Shown here: piece by piece, positions 12,272-25,365 of the stretch
Numbering within the stretch: the first letter of the stretch is position 1
Layout: each line of letters opens with the position of its first letter
Source of the DNA: Octopus bimaculoides
Lineage: Eukaryota
Assembly: GCF_001194135.2 (NCBI RefSeq)
Contig: NC_068984.1
Span: 5,775,406 to 5,839,405 of the forward strand
Direction of reading: 5' to 3'
Length of the DNA: 64,000 nucleotides
The notes under the pieces: generated by a model
The model's database searches: none
What the model was told of the DNA's origin: nothing
What the model saw: the letters and a program-made list of their open reading frames with translations, nothing else
Translations under genes and position numbers: made by a program

Positions 12272-13058
12272 TTAGGCGTAACTAGACGAGTGTACCCCAC
12301 CCACCCTCGATTTTTTTTATAACTTTCAGAAAATGGGTATTTTTAATGAATGTCTCAACAAATAACTTTGAGATGGCATAGATAACGATTATAACGGAAT
12401 TTAATGTGGAAAAAATAAAAAGGTGGGGCTGATATTTTATGCATCTTGACCTTGTTTTCCTTATTCATTTCGTTACAATTGTTGAAGAAAATTACTTTTG
12501 ACAACTGTTCCACCATTTCTCGAAAATTCTCTGACATAAATCTTTGTAGATAGGGGAATACAATGTTAGCATTAATTATGGAATACATATTTCTCTTACT
12601 ATTTCATTGCAAATTTTAAGCTCTCTTCGTGATCTTTACGCATACTAGAAATAGCAAGAATCACATTGTTTTGAAATTTTATTCTTTCAACATTATTGTC
12701 GTTAAATCATCAAAGCAATGAGGTAAAAAAAAAGGCGAGATGCGTGAAATATCTTTCCCCACCCCTATTTTTCAACATTAAATTCCTATATGATTGTAAT
12801 TTAAACCACCCGAAACTTATTTGTAGAAAATTTCATTAAAAAAATATGCATTTTTCGGAAAGCTGCAAGGAAACAGAATTAGTTCGTGTGGATTATACGA
12901 AACGCCTCTCGCAACATTTTCAGCAGAAATTCCAGTATAATCGTAATTTACGCCATCTAAAACATATCTTACGGAACTTTCATTGATAAAATATCCCTTT
13001 TCCAGAACGTTATGTGGAAAAATATTCGGTGGGGCACAATTCTGTAGTTATGCCCTAA
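12272..13058. mobile_element. Foldback/MITE-like element with long inverted arms
   Basis: ttaggcgtaact.../...agttatgccctaa termini; about 12320-12450 pairs with about 12735-12865 (ggaatttaatgt/acattaaattcc, ggtgggg/ccccacc). Confidence 0.7.
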
Positions 13059-13198
13059 ATTTGCTGCGCGAATGAGTACTATTAAGCAAACGAAGGATTC
13101 AAAGATAAAGTAGATGTAACATATCACAAATTACACAAATGGGGAATTGAATGTGTAAATATCGCTTGGTAACCAGGGCAGTCTTGCTGCTAGTATTT

Positions 13199-13416
13199 CG
13201 AGCTGGCAGAAACGTTAGTGCACCGAGAAAAATGTTAGCAGCCTTTCGCCCATCTTTACGTTCCGAGTTCAAATCCCGCTGAGGTCGACTTTGTCTTTCA
13301 TCCTTTTGGGAACGATACATTAAGTACCAGTTGATGGTGGGCTCGATGTAATCTACTAGCTTCCTTCCTCAAAATTTCAGGTCTTATGCCTATAGTAGAA
13401 AGGATTATTATTATTA
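13199..13416 (+). mobile_element. SINE family B with (ATT)n tail
   Basis: gagctggcagaaacgttag head, gagttcaaat B-box-like motif, gtcgactttgtctttcatcc...taagtaccagttg...gatgtaatc domain. Confidence 0.88.
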
Positions 13417-13912
13417 TGTGAGAAAGCAATGCATGCCATCAAAGTAACCTTGGGTTACAAATAGACGAAGCCCAATATACCCATCATGACTACCCATCTG
13501 ATAAGGGTACATCAGTCCCATGCATCACAATCATATATGCGTGACATAGTGATCTCACATTAAGATAAATAGCGTGAGACCATGCTGTTAGGGTTTAGTT
13601 AGAATTTTCTTCAGAGTTGTTTAAGGATAATGAACGCAACACCCATGTTTCCAGAGGTGAATTCTTCAAACCTCAAAGAATTCCTCTCAACATATTGTTA
13701 TGATACACCCCCTACTACTTCTGCTCGCGATCCGAGATGCACATATCGTTAGCCACTAAGGGACATGCTCAACTGGATAAGGTCACACAACTGACAAGCA
13801 AATCTGTGGTATTGAACAAAATATTTGCTGTAGCCCATCTTTTATAGCAAGACAAAGCATGGCGTGATAACACTTCCAATCAGTTAAGAACAGAAGCCAT
13901 GAGCTTCAAGGC

Positions 13913-14320
13913 ATTGTTATTATTGTTATATAAAAACTCACAGCTTATTTTGCTGGATGGAAAGTGTCAGCTGTCCACTGTCAGCAGACTAAGATGACAC
14001 TTGTTTACTGGTCATGCTAAAAGAACTCAGCGAAGAAGTCTTGCAGTTCCAAGCAATGCTGATTTTTGTAGGTGTTCTACCTTCACACTTGCACCAATCT
14101 TTTTCAGCCATGTTAGGAGCTGAGTGCTGATACTTCTAAGGGCACCAATCACTATTGGTATCACGTGTACTCTCCTCATTGACCATAACCTTCGTGTTTC
14201 CCAATTCAAATTGTCATAGTTGTTTGTTTTTGTATTTTAGAAAAGTAACATGTCTGATAATCAACATAGCATGCCCCGGTGACAGCAGCATGAATGTGAA
14301 AGAAAGAGAAAAAAAAATAT
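13913..14320 (-). mobile_element. 3' end of an RLE-type LINE (R4/Dong-like) with inverted 5' segment
   Basis: Minus strand NYDNLNWETRRLWSMRRVHVIPIVIGALR...LQKSALLGTARLLR, short UTR and (AAT)-like tail; plus strand 14242-14318 encodes the directly upstream motif KVTCLIINIACPGDSSMNVKEREKK. Confidence 0.8.
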
Positions 14321-14329
14321 TATAATTAT

Positions 14330-14420
14330 CGTTAGCCGGAGAAGTCGTTTAGCAGTATTTCGTCCGTTTTACGTTCCGAGTCGCCGAACTCGACTTTGCC
14401 TTTCGATAAATTCAATACCA
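14330..14420 (+). mobile_element. SINE family B fragment
   Basis: gtatttcgtccgttttacgttccgag...cgactttgcctttcgataaatt. Confidence 0.7.
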
Positions 14421-16029
14421 ATCAAAACCGGCAGCGATACGTGGATCTCGAGATTGGTACTCCAACAGCAGCACCCATTAAAGCACCGGAAACGGCAGAT
14501 ACCTCGCCAAAGATAGGTGACGAATTGATCCTTACAATACAATTGGCTGGCGGCCGGATCTCTTCAACGCAAGATCACTATCCTAAACAGAAAGGCAAAG
14601 TGCCACTGGGAAGCTATACACTTCTCCCAAAGGCTGTCATCGCCATGCTGGTTTTAACATCGATGCCACTGGTGAGGTTGGCGGATGTTACTTTTACTGG
14701 CGATCGCTCCCGTTTCTTTCACGGAAGTGAATGAACATACTGTCTCTTGTTTTGCTTCCTGTTGATTTTCCTTTCTTTCTTTATTCTTTCTCTCTATCGT
14801 AAAGGCAAGTGATGCCATATTAAATTAAAATTGATTTAAAATGGAAATATTGAAAAGGTGTCTTCCCCATAGGAGCTGAAAGAATTAAAAGAGGACCGCT
14901 CCGCTCCACCGACTTCTTCTAATGCAACACGGAATACATAAACGGAAAATTAAATGGTTCAAATAGGAAAAGTCGACAACAAATGTAACTATTCCACAGA
15001 GCTTTACGAAATGGTGACTTACCAAACAATGACAATTACAACAACGACATCGCCGACATATTTCATGTTGGCGATATTTTTAGCCATATTTCATTATTTT
15101 ATTGTATATTTTCGCATCTCTTTGTTCGCTGCTCGCAATTCTGGTGACCTTTACGTATAAACCCCCCAAAGGATTGTCATCGTCAATCAATAATTGATTG
15201 TGGTAAGAGTTTTCACGCTTTTATTTATGATGCAGTGGCCTTATCTAAAAGAAAACAATGCTTGTTACTCTTATTACATGTGAGAAAGTCGTAACCTGTA
15301 TAATTTACCACCGAACAAATAGCAAAGTGAACTTGCAACAGTTTTCTTCATGGCCATCACAGTCACAAGGGACTGAACTGCTAGAAATAGCAATCAAATC
15401 TGCCTTCAATTACTCTTTGTGTTGATAACAAAAGGATACATTAAGCTTTTGTTATATGAAGAGCTGAAAGGCTCAAATGTGGAATAGTGTTGATTGTAGC
15501 TTTGCAGGGTCACAGTTGGCTTCGAGCCATACAACATAGCAGTAGTACATGCACAAAGTTTCACTGATGAAACAATATGTTGCTATGGCAACAATGAAAA
15601 TAACAACAATTAACCATAACGAATTATGACAAAAGTACAAGGTGGCACATGTTGAAGAGGTGTGTGGATGGTAGTCGATTAAATCGTCCTGATTTGACTA
15701 GCATCCATTTTACTCCCGCCAGAAATATACGAGACTAAATAATCTCTTGCGGGATTTGAACTCAGAACTTAAAATATTTATTTAAATGCATCATACATAT
15801 TGTGATAACTTGCAGCCCTGTTGTGATTTCTGACATTGGCGCAATGGTAAGAGTTTCCCGTAGGATACACACGTTCACATGGAACACAGGGTATGACTGG
15901 TGCCTTATTCGAGATATCCCCGATCGGTGATAAAATGTTGACCATGGTAGGAATGGAGCCAACAGAGATTTATAATAAAATAGTACGAGGAAATGTACCT
16001 TACTAACTGCTAATTCTAACTACCAACGG

Positions 16030-16142
16030 ATCAACTTTACCCTTTTTCCTTTCGGTGTCAATCAGTTGAGTACTGTNNNNNNNNNNAGCCTGTCCCACAA
16101 GATTTCAGGCCTTGTGCCTATCGTAAAAAGAATTATTATTAT
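16030..16142 (+). mobile_element. SINE family B 3' fragment spanning the 10-N gap
   Basis: ctttcggtgtcaatcagttgagtactg...ggccttgtgcctatcgtaaaaagaattattatt matches the 13199 copy tail. Confidence 0.65.
16077..16086. other. 10-N assembly gap inside a SINE-B remnant
   Basis: Run of N. Confidence 0.99.
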
Positions 16143-16624
16143 TTAAGGCGGTGCGTTGGTAGAATCGTCGAACGAAAGACTTGGCGGCTGGAAACTATGA
16201 AATCCCGTTAATGAGAATATCAGTCTCCCGGCTTTACACTCCTACCTGATGTTCGAGTCTATTCTGTTACAAGCATTCAAGACAGGTCTTCGGTATGGGG
16301 ATAAGCTTTACCTGTCATCCTAGCAGTCAGAGGTCACTTAAGAGTGCCAATAGACAATGGCCTTTCTGCTCGAAGCCATAAAAAGATCAAGGTTTACCTT
16401 GTTGTGGCTATTAGATACGAGAAAACATTGATACGAAAAGACATTCCATCTCAGATGAAATTTTTAAAAAGGAGTAGAGGGATTCAACCCTTGATCCGGT
16501 TTAGAATGTGGAGTTCATGAAAATCTATGCAATTTGTACTGTTTAGGCGCATTTGAAAAAATATTCTACGTCTCTCTCTGACAAGAAGACAAACGGCCGA
16601 AAGATGGAGAATTATTCCTATGCT

Positions 16625-16820
16625 TAGGCGCAGGCCTGGCTGTTTGGTAGGAAGCTTGCTTCCCAACCAAGCGGTTCTAGTTTCAGTTCCACTACAGTAG
16701 AACCTTGGGTAAATGTCTTCTAGTATAGCTTCGGGCTGACGAAAGCCTTCTGAAGAGACTTGGCAGACAGAAACTGAAAGAAGCCCATCGTGAGTGTATA
16801 TATGCATGTGTCTGTGTGTC
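16625..16820 (+). mobile_element. Older SINE family A 5' half
   Basis: aggcgcaggcctggctgtttggtaggaagcttgcttcccaacc...aactgaaagaagccc. Confidence 0.8.
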
Positions 16821-16824
16821 TATA

Positions 16825-16998
16825 GGGGCAGGAGTGACACTGCGGTAAGAAGCTTGCTTGCTAACCACATGGTTCTGGGTTCAATCCCACTGCGTGGCAC
16901 CTTGGGCAAGTGTCTTCTACTATAGCTTCGGGCCGACCAAAGCCTTGTGAGTGGATTTGGTAGACGGAAACTGAAAGAACCGCGTCGTATATATGTAT

Positions 16999-17075
<77 letters not shown>

Positions 17076-17265
17076 TGTTTGTCCCCCCAACATCGCTCGA
17101 CAACCGATGCTGGTGTGTTTACGTCCCTGTAACTTAATGCTTCGGCAAAAGAGACCGATTGAATAAGTACTAGGCTTCCGAAGAATAAGTCCTGGGGTCG
17201 ATTTGCTCGACTAAAGGCGGTGCTCCAGCATGGCCGCAGTCAAATGACTGAAACACGTGAAAAGA
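16825..17265 (+). mobile_element. SINE family A, full length
   Basis: Close match to the family layout; internal (TG)n. Confidence 0.93.
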
Positions 17266-18269
17266 TAATATTATTGACTGTGCATAACTTTCGACTTTAT
17301 TTATGTGTTTACATTTTATTTATCTCTTTACGAACTTTTCTCCGTTTTGTCATGTCTCCCACTGTCCATTTATTTGTGCGGTCACTATTCTCTCTTTCCA
17401 TTCGCGCTATTTCACCGATATATCTATTTCCATATGTATAAAATCAATATTGTACTCGAAAAGCTGAAAAAGTTTTAACAAAATTAGCAGAATAATTCTA
17501 CACATAGGACTATAAAACAGATAAAACTATGTGACATGGCCTGGAGATTTTTTTGCATCAAAACCAAAAAAAAAAAAAAAAAAAAAAAACGTCTTTACGT
17601 GTTTAATTGTCCCGAATCCTTGCGCACAAGAACAGAAACACTTACAACCATACACAATCTTCTCTATTTTTCTTTGTATTTACTCTCTCTCCCTTTCACA
17701 CACACATTTTCAACGTTTTAAACCAATTTTCATTATGAATGACTTCTGGAAACGAAATATGCTATGACAATGCTATCTCCAAAGCATCTTTATGCTCCAG
17801 AATATTCTATAAATGCTAGTTTGTCCTTACTATCAATAAACACTTAACATCAATACCAAAATGTTCCTCAACGGAAACAAAATTACTGACTAATACCACA
17901 ACTAGAAGTAAATAAATAAACAAAAAGCAGACGATCTTGCCTAAATAAACGTTTGACAATTTTAAGATTACCTTCTGCTTTCTTCCACACAAACCGGCGC
18001 CATGTTATATTTTTAAGCTCCAACAATATCGAGTTGCATGGTTTAGGCTGATTTCAACGATTTCTTTCTGTTCTTTCTTATTCATATATTTATTCATTTA
18101 TATATTTATTTAATCATTTACTTCTTTCTTTCTTTTTTTTATTAATTTCCTTTATTTTCTTTCCATTTTCTTCAACTCTAATAATAAAACCAGACGAACG
18201 AACAGTTCCGAATTCTGTTTTATCTTCTTCAATGGTTGTACGTGTATTTAAGTATAAACACACACGCAT

Positions 18270-18589
18270 ATATACAAATATATTCATACACGTATATATG
18301 CATTCAATCATATATATATATATAAAATACATATATATATATATATACGCATATACACACATATATATACATATATATATATATATATACATACATATAC
18401 ATATATATATACACATATGCACACAAATATACACACACGTATGTATATGTGTGTATATGTATTGTATGTATGTAGATATGTGCGTGTATATAGATTGTAT
18501 GTATATAGATGTGTGTGTACATAGATATGTGTGTGTACATGTGTATATATGTGTGTATGCATATGCGTGTATATGTTTGTGTATGTGTT

Positions 18590-18627
<38 letters not shown>

Positions 18628-18665
18628 TAGATATATGTATATCTGTGTCTATACACACACACACA
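18270..18665. repeat. Compound (TA)/(CA)/(TG) low-complexity tract
   Basis: Alternating purine-pyrimidine sequence; source of several spurious ORFs. Confidence 0.95.
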
Positions 18666-19309
18666 AACAAACAAGCTGATAGTGCTATACAGAAGCCTCA
18701 CTATATACTACGCATGCGTCAGAAATCTATATTGTGGACTGTGCTTCGGGGTTGATGTAGGGCGTGGGAATATCTTATTTAAATTATTGATTTCAGTGAA
18801 TCTAAAGCACAAGAAAACCAAACAAACACAAAAACACTCCATAAATAAAAACTAACAATCATTAAAGAAAGCTATGTATTATGTCGACACTTAATGAAAA
18901 TTACTTGAAATATATTAGCGCGTCTGTTCCGTTGTAATCATTTCATGTTTTCTTGGCAGTTTTAATGTCTGGATAGAGAAGTTGCTGCCCACTCAGCTAA
19001 AATATCCCAATTTAACTGTAATCACCCACTTCGAATTTTTCGATTCAATGTCGGTGATTATAAATGGCCGAAAAGCCTACGAGAAATACCAGCTAAATAG
19101 CCATCAAACCTCAGCATGCTGCCTTCAAAAGTTCAAGTGTACATTGTGTGTTGTATCCTTAATACAGGTTACGTCTAAAATGGACTTGGCTGCCGTTGGG
19201 ATGCCTCTCGTTGTAAATCTGCTCATTACGGCTTGACCAGGAGCTATGCAGTAACACGAACATCTAAACGTCTGAAGTTGGTTTAGTTTATGAACAGGAC
19301 AATTTTAAG

Positions 19310-19410
19310 CTCCAATCTGGAGGCAGGGAATTCGTCCCGACGCCCTGCATGCTGTTCAAATCCTCTTAGGAGTTATTCTGCCTTTCATCCTTTCACGGTC
19401 GATAAAAACG
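19310..19410 (+). mobile_element. Degenerate SINE family B fragment
   Basis: gttcaaatcc...gcctttcatcctttcacggtcgataaaa. Confidence 0.6.
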
Positions 19411-20131
19411 TCGCTCTCCAGAGCGATGGACTTGCGGGAATTTAAGAGGATCAGGAATGATACCTTGCGGTGTTTGTTGCAACTCCGACTTCTGACAGTA
19501 ATCCCTGCGATCACACTGTATCAAATGGTACCAGCCCAAGTTATCGACCTTTCTCGCAGGTAAATCTCACTGGCCTAGAGAGTGGGGAACGGAAATGTGT
19601 CACCAGGCCTCCTCAAAATATATTGTCCTTACGTACGCAGAATTATGCAAGTACAGAGCCAAGCTTGATCGAGTGGCTCTAATTGAAATATCTATGTTGA
19701 ATAGGGAAAGCTAATCAACCTAATTTGGAACTTGCAAATTCTGTCTTTTTACGCTTATTTCCTCTCTGGCCCTTATTGCTCCGTGGAGCCTTTAAGCCTG
19801 GATAACTCTTGACGATTAAGCTGCCTACAGTCATGAATCACACCATCTGCTGCTCTTAATATTTTATTTCGAAGACAAAATTGATGCAATTAAAATTTTT
19901 ACCATCTTTGGAACATTTCTGGAATGGAAGGATACTATTGATTGACGAGATTCATGAGTCGAATAGTTCTACCATTGCTTTAAGACATGAACTAAACCAC
20001 TCTATTTGGTGCTAAGGTGGACTTTGACGAAAACCTTTTCGAGAAATGTCAGGGTTATTGTCTCTCTCTCTCTCTTTCTCTCTGCGACATATGAACTTTA
20101 CCAAATCTTATAATTTTGAATATGCATTATG

Positions 20132-20290
20132 AGGCGCAAGCGTAGCTGGGTGGTAAGAAGCTTGCTTCCCAACCACATAGTCCTGGATTCCGTCCCACTG
20201 CATGGCACCTTGGGTGTCTTCTACTAGAGCCTCGGGCTGACCAAAGCCTTGTGAGTGGATTTGGTAGATGGGAACTGTAAGAAGCCCGTG

Positions 20291-20327
<37 letters not shown>

Positions 20328-20546
20328 CATACATATACGTGTTTGTGTGTGTGTGTATGTATTTGTGTGTGTGTTTTTCCCCGCCATCGCTTGACCATCG
20401 AGGTCCACATACCTTAGCGGTTCGGCAAAAAGAGGTCGATAGAATGAGTACTAGGCTTACAAAGACTAAGTCCTGGGGTCGATCTATTCGACTAAAGGCA
20501 CTGCCCCAGTATGGCCGCTGTTAAATAACTGAAACAAGTAAAAGAA
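20132..20546 (+). mobile_element. SINE family A, full length
   Basis: aggcgcaagcgtagctgggtggtaagaag head through aactgaaacaagtaaaagaata. Confidence 0.92.
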
Positions 20547-21420
20547 TACATCGATATTATTCGATATCGTGTGAATATATACAACTTCAGTTCAATTGGA
20601 ATTAAATTATCCGTCTGTAAATATTCCACCGTCATGCTAAATAAAACAGAATGAGAAATATTCAACTATCAGAGAGTTATGTTGGATCCTTGTCGTCCCG
20701 CTAGAAAAATAAATGGATGCTTGGCCAAGATTCTTAAGGTTAGTGTTAAGTTTTCCATATATACATTGCTGGTGGCCATTTCTCGTGACTCACCTTTATA
20801 CAAATTAGCTAGGCCATAAATATAGCGTACCCTTTTAGTATTTGTCTATGTCGCTTAGCTACTGGAGAATAGGTAAGGACGGTTGTCGTGCTAATGACGT
20901 CTATTGAGGTAGAAATACATGTCTATTACTGTTCACATTTCCACTCAATAAGCTTGTCCTTTTTCTTTACGGATTTCTATTGTGGAAGAGAATATCTGGA
21001 TTCTTGAAATTATATCCCCTTCTCAAATGGAGCTTTTTTTCTGTGAGTCACAGTGACATATCGTCTAAAGGCACAGAATGTCTAGATAAATCAAGAATAA
21101 GTGTATTTGTCTATCTAACTCATACCCAATTTCTATCCTCTGATATAATTAATCAGATTATAGAAATTCCAGTTTAGTCACGTTTACAAGGCAAAATAAT
21201 ACTTGAAACCGGGATTGAACCAAGGAGCATTAGGTCTCCAGCTGAAGTTTGTTGGCTGCTTGATGGCGGAGTTATATTTGATGAAATATAGTTACTGTCA
21301 TTAAATGGGAATATTTTCTTAAAATATACCAAACGAAATACCGCCAAATAATGGGCACAGAAGAAAAATTGCAAAGTAAATCACAAGACAATAGTTTTCT
21401 TGGCGTTTACAGCGCGAAAG

Positions 21421-21574
21421 GCATATTAGCCATTCAAAAAACACAAAGACTAATCACTTCGTTTACTATTTGGTGTCAAAATTTTCGTCGCATTATCTGG
21501 TCAGTGACAGAGTTCCAATGAGCTCAGTGGATCGAGTAAAGATGATTTTTTGTGTTTTTGAATGGTTAATGTGT
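21421..21574. repeat. About 150-bp hairpin
   Basis: catattagccattcaaaaaacacaaa pairs with tttgtgtttttgaatggttaatgtg. Confidence 0.75.
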
Positions 21575-22096
21575 CGTCCATGCTTTGTTTTAGTTTCAAA
21601 ACACAGTCTCATATCAATTCACCTGCCAAACAGTTACAATTCCGAAATCATTGTTTTGTTTTTCTACAATTTTTCATCTTTGTTTTACACGTTTTAAATT
21701 AGTCTGAAATCTATGTATTTACACAAATAACAGAAAGTGAGAAAAGGGAAGAGAAAAATGCCGTTTATTTAGAGAAAACTTTGTAGAAATTGCAGCTGAT
21801 GTATTCTTTTCGCCCAATCTGCTGAAAATAGCAGGTAAAAAGACTAACAAATTACACTTTTCTACAAAGAAAATATTCAACAATATATTCAACCTGATAT
21901 GGCACGACAGGAACGTCTTTCATCAATACATTTACTAATACAATTGATCAAGAACCACGCAGCTACAAAAATCATTCCCAGCTAACGAGAGAAGTTCTTT
22001 GTAGAGACGCGACTCGCTTGACATAGAGATAAAATTTCTTAAAATAACACCTTACTTTCTTGGAAATCCTACATATACACAAACGTTTTTCTGTCT

Positions 22097-22131
<35 letters not shown>

Positions 22132-23209
22132 GGTCGTAGATTCGATTCACAGATTATGGCATGTTGTATCCTTGTGAGATTTTGTAATATGTGTTTACGC
22201 AGGCGTCACTTTTAGTACATGATCGCAATACAACACAACGATCTCAGAGTTGTTCCTTCTTTATAAATACTAACAGAAAAAGCACTTAAGGAATCTCTCC
22301 ATCTCTCATAGTCAACTGCACTTCTCCTAGTGTTTTAGGATAAGGCAAGGAAGATGGATAGATATAACATTGATGATAGACTGCGGACAACGGAGAAAGG
22401 AGAAAGGAGAGAAAAAAGCGAAGTAAATAGAATGTACTGCAAACTAAGGCAAAGAAAATGAATGAGATGGAATTAACGTTCACAGCTTTCCACGTTCCTA
22501 TTTACGTCATCTACCGTGCTTAAAATTTTGAAAAGCATTCTGGGAATGCATTTATAATGAATGTTGACTAATTTAACGAATCCACTTTAGAAACCAACTG
22601 GGATTACGAGATATCCAGCATCCGGTGCCGATCCGCATTTTCTCTGCATTAACCAACAGCTGGCGATAGAGAAGTGGAGTTTCAGTTATCACACCTGGGG
22701 CTCTTACAATCCTCTCTCTTCCTATAATATGCAATTTATGAAGATATTGGTCGACTTCTCAACATACTTCAAAGTTTACAGATACCGGAATGATAAAATA
22801 CAATCTCCCACCCATAAACATAATAAATATTCTTTCCTCAGACGATTATGTTGTTACCATTCTCTTCCCTGGTAAGTCTCTTGGCACAAAACCTCTTCTA
22901 TGTATCCCCGCCCTATTCCATTAATTCTGTTCTGTCACCCATAACTATCTCTAGTCATTTTCTTTATCTCTTCATCTTCACCTGCATTACATTCTCATTC
23001 ACTTTACAATTCTTCTTCCGCCGCTTATATTTTCATTCTCCTTTGCGATAGCTATGTGCTCAGTATCGTCATCATCTTCCAAACCCCAAGTCTTCCTCCT
23101 AACATGCATATAAATATATCAATACACGTATACACATTATTACATGCACAAGCATGTGAAATAACACTCATATAACTACACAAAATATTAAAGTATAGAA
23201 TATGCGTAC

Positions 23210-23242
<33 letters not shown>

Positions 23243-24020
23243 NNNNNNNNNNNNNNNNNNNNNNNNNNNNNNNNNNNNNNNNNNNNNNNNNNNNNNNNNN
23301 NNNNNNNNNNNNNNNNNNNNNNNNNNNNNNNNNNNNNNNNNNNNNNNNNNNNNNNNNNNNNNNNNNNNNNNNNNNNNNNNNNNNNNNNNNNNNNNNNNNN
23401 NNNNNNNNNNNNNNNNNNNNNNNNNNNNNNNNNNNNNNNNNNNNNNNNNNNNNNNNNNNNNNNNNNNNNNNNNNNNNNNNNNNNNNNNNNNNNNNNNNNN
23501 NNNNNNNNNNNNNNNNNNNNNNNNNNNNNNNNNNNNNNNNNNNNNNNNNNNNNNNNNNNNNNNNNNNNNNNNNNNNNNNNNNNNNNNNNNNNNNNNNNNN
23601 NNNNNNNNNNNNNNNNNNNNNNNNNNNNNNNNNNNNNNNNNNNNNNNNNNNNNNNNNNNNNNNNNNNNNNNNNNNNNNNNNNNNNNNNNNNNNNNNNNNN
23701 NNNNNNNNNNNNNNNNNNNNNNNNNNNNNNNNNNNNNNNNNNNNNNNNNNNNNNNNNNNNNNNNNNNNNNNNNNNNNNNNNNNNNNNNNNNNNNNNNNNN
23801 NNNNNNNNNNNNNNNNNNNNNNNNNNNNNNNNNNNNNNNNNNNNNNNNNNNNNNNNNNNNNNNNNNNNNNNNNNNNNNNNNNNNNNNNNNNNNNNNNNNN
23901 NNNNNNNNNNNNNNNNNNNNNNNNNNNNNNNNNNNNNNNNNNNNNNNNNNNNNNNNNNNNNNNNNNNNNNNNNNNNNNNNNNNNNNNNNNNNNNNNNNNN
24001 NNNNNNNNNNNNNNNNNNNN
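23243..24020. other. Assembly gap flanked by (TA)n
   Basis: Run of N. Confidence 0.99.
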
Positions 24021-24109
24021 TATATATATATATATATATATATATGATGCACTGAATTCTGTTCCTCCTGTTCAACTAAATCTGTGTGTATATAAGCTGG
24101 CACTCCCAT

Positions 24110-24305
24110 CCATTCGTCCCTCTCCTCCCCTCACTCTCTTTGTACCCCCCCCCACACCGTATGTGTTGCCCCACTAATCACTATTCCCAGATCTTACTCT
24201 CTAGAACGTCGGACTTCTGGAATTCTCTCCTGTTTATCTCTTTTCGGTTGCCGGTGTTCACATGGACGTTTTCAATAACGCTAATGACCTCATCCTCACT
24301 AATCT
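24110..24305 (+). pseudogene. CR1/L2/Jockey-group LINE ORF2 C-terminal remnant
   Basis: TNHYSQILLSRTSDFWNSL resembles RTxxYxxSFxPRTxxxWNxLP; same motif at about 56400-56500. Confidence 0.5.
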
Positions 24306-25186
24306 AAGAAGCACTGTAAACCCGATAGGCATTGCCGCTTCTTCCAGATCCAACAAATAAAAGCAATTCAGATTACACCGCACCATTTTGCGCTAGAAAG
24401 ACTAAATTATGCGATATTGTCTTCAATAGAATGGCTAGGGATGGAATACTTTTAATAGGGTATTTTTTCAATCACTGCATATAGGATCTATATGCAGTGG
24501 AACCATTTTAATATCCGGGCCAAATCCAAAACGTGGATGTTTTTAGTAGGAAGCTGAAAAGATGCTTGAGGGACGCATTCGGACCTGGTAGCTGCGGTTA
24601 AGAACCGCTGCCTATATGTAAACAATAAGATCCGTGACGACAATCAACATTTTCGTCCATAATTTCCTTATTCAATTAATATAACTAGCTCAAATCAGAC
24701 TTTTTAGAATTCAATTTCTCGTATTTTCGAATCTATGAGCAAATCATAAAGACGTATAAACTGAACCATTCTGAAACGTGGAAAGCGAAGAGTAGAAAAA
24801 CGTAAAAGTTATTTTCGAATGTTCCACATGAGGATCGATTTCTTTCTTGAAATTACGATTGCAGAATGAACCAGATTTAACTAGTATTGATTAGTGACTG
24901 AGAGAGCTAATATTAACGTTGATTAATAATATAATGAAAGACTATTTACAAAAATGTGATAAATCAATTTGGAAAATAAACACTTCTTTATAGTCCTTTT
25001 CCGGAATTGTTAAGCAGTATTTTGAAGATATTAAAGAAGTAAACAACGGCAAAACAGAAAAATTCTGTTGATTTACGGGGCAGGAGGGGCGTGAAATCTA
25101 TGGTGATATCAAATATAGACAAATTACGACACTTCTCACCCCAAAAATATGCAGCGTAAACCAGAAATATGTAAAAACAGAAATAC

Positions 25187-25365
25187 AGGCGCAGGTTGGT
25201 TTGTTTACGTTCCCGTAACCCAACGGTTTGGCAAAGGAGCCCGATAGAATAAGTACCAAGTTTAGAAAAATGTACTCCTGGGATCGACTTGTTCGATGAA
25301 AATCTTTCAAGGCAGTGCTCCAGCATGGCCGCAGTCAAATGACTGAAAATAGCAATAGATAAAAG
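25187..25365 (+). mobile_element. SINE family A with internal deletion (head fused to 3' half)
   Basis: aggcgcagg joined directly to ttggtttgtttacgttcccgtaac...gcagtcaaatgactgaaa. Confidence 0.8.

Noticed and set aside
13420-13905. Block I recall as a common octopus interspersed repeat
   Set aside because: Only one copy here and no diagnostic ends or ORF; memory alone is not evidence
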